NCBI GenBank assembly: GCA_015222755.1
Contig: JADFVX010000064.1
Coordinates: 1-55,104 of the forward strand
Direction of reading: 5' to 3'
DNA: 55,104 bases
From: Pseudomonadota bacterium
GTDB lineage: Bacteria > Desulfobacterota > JADFVX01
Shown here: one piece after another, positions 26,104-34,212 of the stretch
Position numbering within the stretch: the first letter of the stretch is position 1
Layout of the letters: each line of letters starts with the position of its first letter
The notes under the pieces: generated by a model
Seen by the model: the letters and a program-made list of their open reading frames with translations, nothing else
Told to the model about the DNA's origin: nothing
Database searches by the model: none
Translations under genes and position numbers: made by a program

Positions 26104-28829
26104 TCTGCTTCCGCTGCCTCTTGAATGCGAGGGGGCATAGGTGCCAGATAGCCTATCAGGAGGCAGATACCACCGACTCCCATAAACGATACAATACGCT
26201 CCACCGTGCCTGTATTGGACAAATCGAATAGGAATAGCTTAATGACAACGATGCCTATAAGACCCGCACCTCCGATCCAAACATTTCGGACGCTTTTTCT
26301 TTTTCCCCATAGCATGACAGCAAAGGCCGACAGAGTCCAGAAAATGGACAGGGATGTCTGAACAAGATCAGAAGTCACCATGGATTGCAAGTTGAAGGAA
26401 ACGCCACCCCAGTAATGAAGGGTGCGGATGAGTATGGCATTTAACCATAAAAAAACCGTCGCCCCCATAGTTGCAAACAAGTGAATTCTGCTCAAGTTAA
26501 AGGGATAAATGCTAAATTCTTTATGGACTGCCAGAGCCCAGAAAAATATAGCAATCAGGACAAATGCCTGCGACAAATCAAGCGGATTAAGCAAGGGGGC
26601 ATAACTTATGGGCCAAGGGTCTCCCTTACTAAGGAGATTAATAAAGATTGTTCCCAGCCATAAGCAGGTCACTACAGGGACCAGTCCAGAATAAAGATAG
26701 GTCTTTTTATGTACAGATACCGGCCATGAGAGAGAGCAATGCCATTTACTGAGGAACATAACAAAGATTGCAGGCATAACACCCCAAGGAACAAGCCCCC
26801 AGATACCGCCACCCCTCACCATGTGGTCAGACCACCAGGCTATCTCCCAGGTAATCAAGGTAATGAGCGACAAGAAAGTTCCAAGGTGCAGGTACTTCAT
26901 CAGATTGGTGAAAGGACTTTCATCATCTTTGTACAATAGCCAGTATTGAATTATAAATACCAGGGGCCAGGCAGCGTAGCCACCGTAAACTGAGGGACGG
27001 CTGTTGAAATTAATTAAGGAATAGCCCCCCCCCAAAATCAAAATAGGTAGTATGATTTTATAAACATGCTTAAGCCTTCCCCAGTAAAGTTTTTCTCCGA
27101 CAACAAAACCTATAAGACCCGATATTGAGAAAAACGAAATTATATAAGCAAGCCTATAATTCGTGTGTACAAAGGCATCAATCTCATGGATGCCGCCCCC
27201 GAACCACCAGAGAAGTGCCCATCCCATTGCAAGAAGACTTTCAACATTGGCCGTCTCTATTTTTTCTCTTTGAAGATAAAGGCGGTAGCTACTGAAAAAA
27301 CCGGCAAGAGAAATCAACATACATCCAAGGAAGTATCCGTTGATCACGGCAATTATGCCACTTGGTTCTTTAATGGCGGATAGAAAGGCAAAGCCTGCCA
27401 AAACCTGTAGGAGGAGACCAAAAACTCGCGCCATCCCTCTTTGCCGTTTTATCGCTATCCAGACAATGGCCGAGCCCTCAAGCGCCCAGGCTGCGGAGGT
27501 CCACCGTCCATCAAGAGCTAGAGGGATTGCAACGGTTCCAAATACTACTCCCATGGCAAGAAAGGACTCTACAAGTGTGCGCATTGCATCGCTCCCCTTC
27601 TTAAATACCTGCCATGCCAGGGCAGCATACAAAGCGCCCATGACCAGGGCTGACCAAGCCAAACCGTATTCGTAAGGTTTTACAAGAACGGCCTGAAGGG
27701 CAAAACAAACCAAAGGTGTTCCGAATATAAGCGTGCAGTCAATATAACCCTTGTGCTGTAAAGGCTGATTGCTTGCGAAAAGAAGCCCGATAATCACGTA
27801 AAATATAAAGAAAAGAATTAGGAAAGGTTCCGTGCTTGCAAACATATCAGCTTGATAATTATTGCTACCCCAAATCAAACCGATACCAAAGGTAAAAATA
27901 AAACCAATGAGGTTAAGTTCCCGCCATGATTTATAGCGGGCAGTTAAAAGAATACCGCCGTTAAGTAGTGCGTAGTAAGTGAAAAGCATAACATGGTTAC
28001 CACTCCCAGTTGAAGTTAGTATGGGTGCTAGGAAACCGCCGCTTATACCTATAACAGCAAGGGACCGCGCATTCTGAATGATTGCCAGTGCCGCTGAGAA
28101 AACAGACAGCCCAACCAGCAGAGCAAGGGCTACCCCAAAGGGCACGAGTTGATAAAGCTTCATAGCAGCAAAGATAGTCAGGTAAAGAATCCCAACACCT
28201 CCGCCTTGGAGTATTAAGGCGTACTCCGGCATTTTCAAACGCAAGCGCCAGCCAAAAACCAACAAAGCTATTGCACCTATACATATAGAGACAAGTCTAA
28301 ACTCTATAGGAATAAGATTCCGTTCAATCGTATATTTCAGAAGAAAAGCAACGCCGAAAAATAAAACTATAATTCCTACCCTAACCACCACATTCCCACC
28401 GGTAAAATAGGAAAGAACAATGTTCCAGAGTTCCAATAGTGGATCTTTTCTATTAGGTGCTACAAATATGGATAAAGGTTCCACTTCGGGCTCACTCGGT
28501 TCACTATGAGTCACTGGGATGGTAATTGCCAACTCATCAATTTTTCCCGATACAGGTTCAAGCACCGGTTTAGCCGGCTCATAGCGAGTTGCCTCCAGTT
28601 CTTCTTCCTCAACTTTTTGTTCTTCTGCTACTATATGTGATTTTTGTACTGTTTTAAGCGCAGGCTGAATGTTTTTTTCAAGGCTTGCTATCTTTTTCTC
28701 AAGACGTACAAGCTTCGATATAAGAAAAGCTATTAAGCCGCCTGTAATAGCACCCAGTAAAAAATGACTACGCGATTCGAAAAGCATCACACCGAGAATC
28801 ACACCGATTATCAAGTTTACAAAGGTCAT
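26100..28829 (-). CDS. DUF2339-like very large polytopic membrane protein (>20 predicted TM helices, N-terminal coiled-coil)
   Basis: 909 aa, almost entirely hydrophobic helices after an N-terminal TM + coiled coil + acidic linker. It pairs with a DUF3999-like gene. Confidence 0.7.
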   Translation of the reverse strand: MTFVNLIIGVILGVMLFESRSHFLLGAITGGLIAFLISKLVRLEKKIASLEKNIQPALKTVQKSHIVAEEQKVEEEELEATRYEPAKPVLEPVSGKIDELAITIPVTHSEPSEPEVEPLSIFVAPNRKDPLLELWNIVLSYFTGGNVVVRVGIIVLFFGVAFLLKYTIERNLIPIEFRLVSICIGAIALLVFGWRLRLKMPEYALILQGGGVGILYLTIFAAMKLYQLVPFGVALALLVGLSVFSAALAIIQNARSLAVIGISGGFLAPILTSTGSGNHVMLFTYYALLNGGILLTARYKSWRELNLIGFIFTFGIGLIWGSNNYQADMFASTEPFLILFFIFYVIIGLLFASNQPLQHKGYIDCTLIFGTPLVCFALQAVLVKPYEYGLAWSALVMGALYAALAWQVFKKGSDAMRTLVESFLAMGVVFGTVAIPLALDGRWTSAAWALEGSAIVWIAIKRQRGMARVFGLLLQVLAGFAFLSAIKEPSGIIAVINGYFLGCMLISLAGFFSSYRLYLQREKIETANVESLLAMGWALLWWFGGGIHEIDAFVHTNYRLAYIISFFSISGLIGFVVGEKLYWGRLKHVYKIILPILILGGGYSLINFNSRPSVYGGYAAWPLVFIIQYWLLYKDDESPFTNLMKYLHLGTFLSLITLITWEIAWWSDHMVRGGGIWGLVPWGVMPAIFVMFLSKWHCSLSWPVSVHKKTYLYSGLVPVVTCLWLGTIFINLLSKGDPWPISYAPLLNPLDLSQAFVLIAIFFWALAVHKEFSIYPFNLSRIHLFATMGATVFLWLNAILIRTLHYWGGVSFNLQSMVTSDLVQTSLSIFWTLSAFAVMLWGKRKSVRNVWIGGAGLIGIVVIKLFLFDLSNTGTVERIVSFMGVGGICLLIGYLAPMPPRIQEAAEAE

Positions 28830-28914
28830 AATTCCACCATCCCTCTCATTGGTTAATCGGACAAAATGTCTTTAAAAGATCAATCCCCTCGCTAGACATT
28901 AAAATCCCCAAAAC

Positions 28915-28950
28915 AAAAAAGCCCGTCGCAGTAGATAACTGCTTCGGGCT
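28915..28950 (-). terminator. Duplicate copy of the ABC-F terminator hairpin
   Basis: The minus strand reads GCCCGAAGCAG-TTATCTA-CTGCGACGGGC followed by TTTTTT. It is homologous to 34048-34085. Confidence 0.5.
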
Positions 28951-29102
28951 TTCAAATTCTTCAAACTGTTTTTTCAAAACCACTCCCCCCTTACCCCCCC
29001 ATTAGAACCAGCAATTACCAAATTGAACGACAACTCTATCTTACATCCCCCAGATTTTCAAACACTTTTTTGACTGCGTTAGCAATTTACGCCCATTAAA
29101 AA

Positions 29103-29282
29103 CTAATTTTCTGATGCCTCTTTAATAGCCTCCAGTCCCTCCCATCTTTTATAGGCCCTGGCAAGAGTCTCTTCTGTTTCTTCCACTTCAGCCTTAAGAC
29201 CTGCGACCTTCCCGCTCTGCTGGTATATCTCAGGGTCGGCCATTAGCTTATAGAGTTCCTCTTTTTTTGCATCAAGGGACAT
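29103..29282 (-). pseudogene. Remnant of an ABC-F ATPase C-terminus (59 codons), diverged duplicate of the 3-prime end of 34213-35991
   Basis: It translates to MSLDAKKEELYKLMADPEIYQQSGKVAGLKAEVEETEETLARAYKRWEGLEAIKEASEN*. The intact gene ends ...LDAKKEELYKLMADPAIYQQSGKVAELNAEAEETEETLARSYKRWEELEAIKEASEK*. Confidence 0.8.
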
Positions 29283-29297
29283 CCAGGAGAGCAGCTA

Positions 29298-31358
29298 TTA
29301 ACTTTCGCCAGATTTAAGTCCGGTAATTTCATAGATCATAACAGACTGGTCCTTCCCCTTAACCTTTACCGGCTCTATTTCTTTAAATCTCGCATGTGCA
29401 ATTAAATCTCCTTTTAAATCATCAGGCCCCTGGGGCTGCTCGTCTGTGGCCAGAAGATGTTTTATCTTGTCATAGGTGAACTCTGTAATCAGTATATGGT
29501 CATTATAGACACGGGTTAAGGCCTCAACCCGTGCACCGAGATTGACATGATCACCGATGATGGTATAGTCCATCTTTTTCCCCTCGGCCCCTATATTTCC
29601 TATCAAAACCTCTCCGCTATTTACCCCTATTCCTATGTCGAGGGGCTCTTTGCCCTCTGTCTTCCATTTCTCCTGTAGGGCAGCCAGCCTGTCCATCATA
29701 TTAAGGGCACATCTAACTGCCAACTCAGCGTGGTTTTCCTGGGGTAGGGGCTCTCCCCAAAAGGCCATTATCTCATCTCCGACAAACTTATCCAGCGTTC
29801 CATCCCACCTGAAGACAACCTTGGTCATTTCAGCCAGATACTCATTAAGGATAGGCACAACCTCTTCGGGACTCCTCTTTTCCGAATATGTTGTAAATCC
29901 CCTTATATCCGAGAAAAGGACGGTGACTTCACTTCTATGCCCCCCCAGCTTAGCCATTTCCGGGTGGTCAACCAGCTCATTGACGACCCTTTCGGTGACA
30001 TAGCTTGAAAACATATTCCTTATATCCTTTGCCTTCCTCTCCTCAGTGAAAAAACGGTATGTTGTAATCGTTGAATAAAGGAGAAATATGTTGAAAGAGG
30101 GGAGGAGCAACCCCATCCACAAGCGGTAGCGTATAAGCAGGTACTGTATCAGGAAGAGATAGACAAGCAATAAGATAGCAGACAGCAGAACCCCTCCGCC
30201 AGCCCGCAGCCTCGGCAGGCTAAGCCCCATGATCAGTCCACACACAATAATCGCAGCTATTTCCAGAAGTTTTGTGCCTTCCTCCTTACGAAGAAAGTTA
30301 TTTTTGAGGAGGTTCTCGATAACGGTGGCCTGCTTCTCAATACCATGAAGCTGGGCAAAGGGGGTAATGTGGGTATCTGTTGTACCAAAGGCGGTGGCAC
30401 CAACAAGGACGATCCTGCCCTTAAGAGTGTCGGCAGCCAGCTTCCCCTCCATAAGGTCTGAGGCAGAGTAATCAGGGAAAGTGCCGGTCCTGCCGGCATA
30501 GTTTATAAGGGCTCTCCCAGACTCGTCCGTTGGAACAAAGTTCTCCCCCATCATGATACCCTCACCCAGGCTAAGGCTCAGCTCACTCCGATCAAGACCG
30601 AGGTAGTGCCTCACCACTTCTATGCCGAAGGATGGATAATAAAACTCCTCCAGCTTTACATACAAGGGCTCCCATCTTATGGCGCCGTCCCTCTCGTAAT
30701 AGGTATAGGCATGCCCCATTGACTGTGCACTGGAAATCAGCTCTTCGATAGGGATGATCGCCCTGTTTGCAACAATAGGCATGTTAAGCACACCTTCCCT
30801 GACTATCATAAAGGGGTAGTCGTAGACATGGTCGGGGACCTCGGAGAGGCTGGACTCTTCATAGATGGTCGGAACGTCCATAACAAAACCCAGTATCACA
30901 TTTTCCGCCTTTTCTATACTATTGGCAAGCCTGGCATCGGCATTGTCCTCCTCGCCCCGCCTTGCCAGAGATTCCTCAAAGGCCCTATCCCTGACCTTCA
31001 GCCTTCCGTAATCACTTTTAATAGCGTCTATGACCTTTGATGTTTCTGTAATCTGCGGCTCCGCAAACAATACATCGACACCTATCGTCTTTGCCCCCCC
31101 TTCAGATATCCTTTCTATCAGGGTGGCAAACTTATCCCTGGGCCAGGGCCACCTTCCGACCTTTTTCAGGCTTTCATCATCTATGGCAACGATGACTATA
31201 TCTTTTCCGGGATCACGCTCCCCTCTCAGCATAAGCCTGAAATCAAAGGCCTTGGCCTCAAGAAGCTCTATAAAGAGCGGTGTCTTGACAGCCAAGGCTG
31301 CAGATAGGACTACACAGAGGAAGGCGATCAGGTAACAGTTCTTTTTGGAAGGCTTCAC
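29298..31358 (-). CDS. CHASE2 sensor domain-containing class III adenylate/guanylate cyclase
   Basis: Layout is an N-terminal TM, a ~330-aa periplasmic CHASE2-like domain, 3 TM segments, then a cyclase domain (VTVLFSDIRGFT...GDEIMAFWG...GVNSGEV). GTG 31358 is preceded by GGGAGGG; the ORF-track ATG 31397 has no RBS. Confidence 0.88.
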   Translation of the reverse strand: MKPSKKNCYLIAFLCVVLSAALAVKTPLFIELLEAKAFDFRLMLRGERDPGKDIVIVAIDDESLKKVGRWPWPRDKFATLIERISEGGAKTIGVDVLFAEPQITETSKVIDAIKSDYGRLKVRDRAFEESLARRGEEDNADARLANSIEKAENVILGFVMDVPTIYEESSLSEVPDHVYDYPFMIVREGVLNMPIVANRAIIPIEELISSAQSMGHAYTYYERDGAIRWEPLYVKLEEFYYPSFGIEVVRHYLGLDRSELSLSLGEGIMMGENFVPTDESGRALINYAGRTGTFPDYSASDLMEGKLAADTLKGRIVLVGATAFGTTDTHITPFAQLHGIEKQATVIENLLKNNFLRKEEGTKLLEIAAIIVCGLIMGLSLPRLRAGGGVLLSAILLLVYLFLIQYLLIRYRLWMGLLLPSFNIFLLYSTITTYRFFTEERKAKDIRNMFSSYVTERVVNELVDHPEMAKLGGHRSEVTVLFSDIRGFTTYSEKRSPEEVVPILNEYLAEMTKVVFRWDGTLDKFVGDEIMAFWGEPLPQENHAELAVRCALNMMDRLAALQEKWKTEGKEPLDIGIGVNSGEVLIGNIGAEGKKMDYTIIGDHVNLGARVEALTRVYNDHILITEFTYDKIKHLLATDEQPQGPDDLKGDLIAHARFKEIEPVKVKGKDQSVMIYEITGLKSGES

Positions 31359-31517
31359 TACACCCTCCCAGGCTGAGAGGATGCAGTCGCCGTGCATGCA
31401 GAATGAAAAATAAATTGTTTAAACATCGGAAATCAACATAGCTTAAGGTATATTCCGCTTAATAATGACAAAAGATATTATGTTGTAAACTATAGCTTCT
31501 TACATCATATCAGCCTA

Positions 31518-32345
31518 CTACACTGGTGATTCAAGTGGCGGTTCTTCAACGGGTGGTTCCGGTTCCAGTATCTCCGGGTAGGTATCTGTTACAGGGGGGC
31601 TTACAGGAGGCACAGCAAATCCAGGTTCACTAATTATTTGCGGGCCGCCACGGGGAACTCCCAGTTCTTCCGGAGACAAGTGCTGGTCATCTTTAACAGG
31701 GGAGGTATCTCTAAGGTGGGGAATCAGCTCTTCAAGCCTAACACGCCGCGGCGGCGTAGGGGGGCGGTTAGCAGGTACGCTCGTCCCCATCATCGGTCCC
31801 AGTATAACCTCCCCGGCAATACCGGGCTTAACATTCCTGACAGCAACACTCCCCCTCAGGACCATCTCTTCTGTTGAAAGGGGAAGAGGATTTATAATAT
31901 TGAGCCAGTCTGTCCCTCTTACAATAGCCACAGCGGTAGGCGTTTCAACCTCAAAGCGGGAACCTTCACCGGCAAACTCCTCAGGCACTATGGCCCTAAA
32001 TTTACCCCTGAAACTCCTGAGAAGTACCGTCCTCTTATTCCGGGCGGTATCAATGTCAAACGCCTTTATCTCTATCCTCGATTTCTGCGCAATATTCAGC
32101 TTTGTGCCGTCTGTAAAGGTTAACTGCGCCCTGGACTTGCTCTTGGTCCTGAGTATATCACCAGTATTAAGGCCATCCCCCAGGTTGAGTAGAATTGCCC
32201 TCTCTGCGCCCAGCTTCAGGACATCTACATCCCCTCTCATAAAGGTCAGCTTTGCCACCACCTCAGCCATAGAAAACTCCGGCAGGGCTGCAATAATAAA
32301 TGCAGCAATTATCATACTGTATATCTTGGCCCTGTTTCTTATCAT
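31518..32345 (-). CDS. FecR-domain periplasmic protein with a Pro-rich C-terminal extension
   Basis: It has a signal/anchor segment and a FecR-like beta region (GDVDVL......L..GD.L..GD.L.T...S.A.L.F.DG). The last ~90 aa are Pro/Glu-rich (PPTPP...PEPPVEEPP). Confidence 0.8.
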   Translation of the reverse strand: MIRNRAKIYSMIIAAFIIAALPEFSMAEVVAKLTFMRGDVDVLKLGAERAILLNLGDGLNTGDILRTKSKSRAQLTFTDGTKLNIAQKSRIEIKAFDIDTARNKRTVLLRSFRGKFRAIVPEEFAGEGSRFEVETPTAVAIVRGTDWLNIINPLPLSTEEMVLRGSVAVRNVKPGIAGEVILGPMMGTSVPANRPPTPPRRVRLEELIPHLRDTSPVKDDQHLSPEELGVPRGGPQIISEPGFAVPPVSPPVTDTYPEILEPEPPVEEPPLESPV

Positions 32346-32367
32346 CGCTTTCCCCTTTGATTAAATA

Positions 32368-33771
32368 TTAAAAAACGGCCTCCACACTGACACCAAAAAT
32401 CCGCCTGTCATAATCATAAACGCTAATGTTAGAGTCAGCTTTGCTGTATGTATATACTAATTTCAAAACAAGGTTTTCATGTTTGTATTTTAGAGATGAG
32501 TTCAGGGCATAAATCCTGTCACGCCTCTTCTTGGCAAATGTAGTGTGTATATTTTTATAGTTCTTATGGTAATAACCGCCGTTAAGATTCAAGCTTAAAC
32601 GGTTGGCAAGCGGATACTTAAGCATTATACCGCCCTTGTTCCCCCTGCTTTCCCAGTTGGCTCCGTCTGTATTGCTCTTATCAAAGCTGTACTTAATCTG
32701 CAGAGTACCTCCTTTATCGCCATATGAAACAAGATATCCCAGGCCAAAATTTAAATTTGTTCCATCTCTATCTTCATATTGGTTAAGAGGGGTTCTCAAA
32801 AAGTCTCTTGATGCTACACCAGCTGTAAAGTTCAGCCAGCTTTTATTTCCAAGGGAATGGGTATATAAGGGCCTCAGACTCAGCACCTCAAGATAGCCAC
32901 CTGAATCTACGGTATAATGCTCATAGCCGGCCATCAAGCTAAGCGTCCCTTTCCCTGTCTTTTTTGAGGGGGTCAATGAAATACGGTGCCCCTGCACATC
33001 CAGTTCCTTAAGATCATCATGGATACTCTGGTAAAAAGAATAGTTGGTTTTTATAGCAAAGTTATCAAAAGAAGTTGAATAATCCAATCTTGCGCTTATT
33101 ACGGACCTTCCATCACTTTCATTGCTTATATCGACGCCGGGAACATCATGTGATGGTTTTAGCATTACATTATCATCGTACTGGTACGAATAAGCCAGGC
33201 CCAGCTTTAAGCGCCCTTTTCCTTTTTTGATCGATTCCTTTGCTTTCCTGGCAAGAGTTGCCGCTTCAGACCCGGGCTCAGAGGCTATCAGGCTGTTTAG
33301 TTTACTTTTACCCCGGATTTTATGGCCTTTACTTAAGTGAACAAGCCCCTTCAGGTAGCTTATTTGAGATGAACTCACCCCTTTCTCCTTGGCCTTTAAC
33401 AGCAATTCCTCCAGTTCATTTCTAGCATTGGTAGCATAGAGAACTTCTCCCAGGTGCCCATAAGTCTTTTCTATAGATGGATCAAGCAATAGTGCCTTGT
33501 TTAGATATACTTTAGACTGCTGATAATCGAGTGTCTCTTTATAGGCAAGACCAATATGGAGTGCAGTTGAAGCAGAAGCAGGATCTGCATCAAAGGCATG
33601 CAACAAAGCAGGAATGGCCTCCTCGTAGTTTTCATTTTTAAAGTCAGCAAGCCCCGTCTCTAGAGAGGCCCCCTCACTAGCGTATGAGACCTTAGCACCG
33701 AGAAATACCGAGGCAACAAAAAATAGAAATAAGCTTAGCAGAAGATTGGCAGAAAAACCCCTATTCATCAT
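32368..33771 (-). CDS. Outer-membrane protein: N-terminal TPR region + C-terminal predicted beta-barrel (DUF560/Slam-like architecture)
   Basis: AAGGAGG RBS and a signal peptide are present. TPR-like helices span about aa 35-190. Alternating-hydrophobic strands then run to the terminal ...VEAVF (aromatic C-terminal residue). Confidence 0.6.
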   Translation of the reverse strand: MMNRGFSANLLLSLFLFFVASVFLGAKVSYASEGASLETGLADFKNENYEEAIPALLHAFDADPASASTALHIGLAYKETLDYQQSKVYLNKALLLDPSIEKTYGHLGEVLYATNARNELEELLLKAKEKGVSSSQISYLKGLVHLSKGHKIRGKSKLNSLIASEPGSEAATLARKAKESIKKGKGRLKLGLAYSYQYDDNVMLKPSHDVPGVDISNESDGRSVISARLDYSTSFDNFAIKTNYSFYQSIHDDLKELDVQGHRISLTPSKKTGKGTLSLMAGYEHYTVDSGGYLEVLSLRPLYTHSLGNKSWLNFTAGVASRDFLRTPLNQYEDRDGTNLNFGLGYLVSYGDKGGTLQIKYSFDKSNTDGANWESRGNKGGIMLKYPLANRLSLNLNGGYYHKNYKNIHTTFAKKRRDRIYALNSSLKYKHENLVLKLVYTYSKADSNISVYDYDRRIFGVSVEAVF

Positions 33772-34047
33772 ATTTCCTCCTTATAAATTAACCATTGCCC
33801 AATTACATATTGAAAAAACGTAAAATTAAATCCATTATTGACAAACTACAGTGGCCCTCGGGCACAAAACAACGAGCGGAACAAACCGGATCAGCGACTA
33901 TACTTGCATTATCTCTCAATCCAAAACAAAAAGATACACCGCCTTTTCAGACGCAACAAGCAGCATGTAGGTATTCACAGGATTGTTTAGTGATGATCGC
34001 AGGATTTGGAAATGGGAGGGGAATAGGGACAGATGCACTAGCTCAAA

Positions 34048-34085
34048 ACAAAAAAGCCCGGTGCAGTAAAATACTGCTTCGGGCC
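34048..34085 (-). terminator. Rho-independent terminator of the ABC-F gene
   Basis: The minus strand reads GCCCGAAGCAG-TATTTTA-CTGCACCGGGC followed by TTTTTT. Confidence 0.65.
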
Positions 34086-34212
34086 TTCAAATACTTACCA
34101 TTAGAACTACAAGGCTCAAGCTCTAAGGGCATAAAGTTCCACTTTCTGAGCTTGAGAAGATTAGTGGAACTTATACCCGGCAGGTGTATAAATTCCAATT
34201 GTTTTTTTAAAG

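Noticed and set aside
34098-34108. Recurrent short motif TTAGAACT(ACA) in intergenic DNA, seen at 19469-19479, 24599-24609, 34100-34110 and 37186-37193, with a near match at 29002-29009
   Set aside because: It may be a real intergenic motif. An 8-mer seen four to five times cannot be judged for significance by eye, and I cannot scan the whole window reliably. A word-enrichment count over intergenic versus coding DNA is needed.
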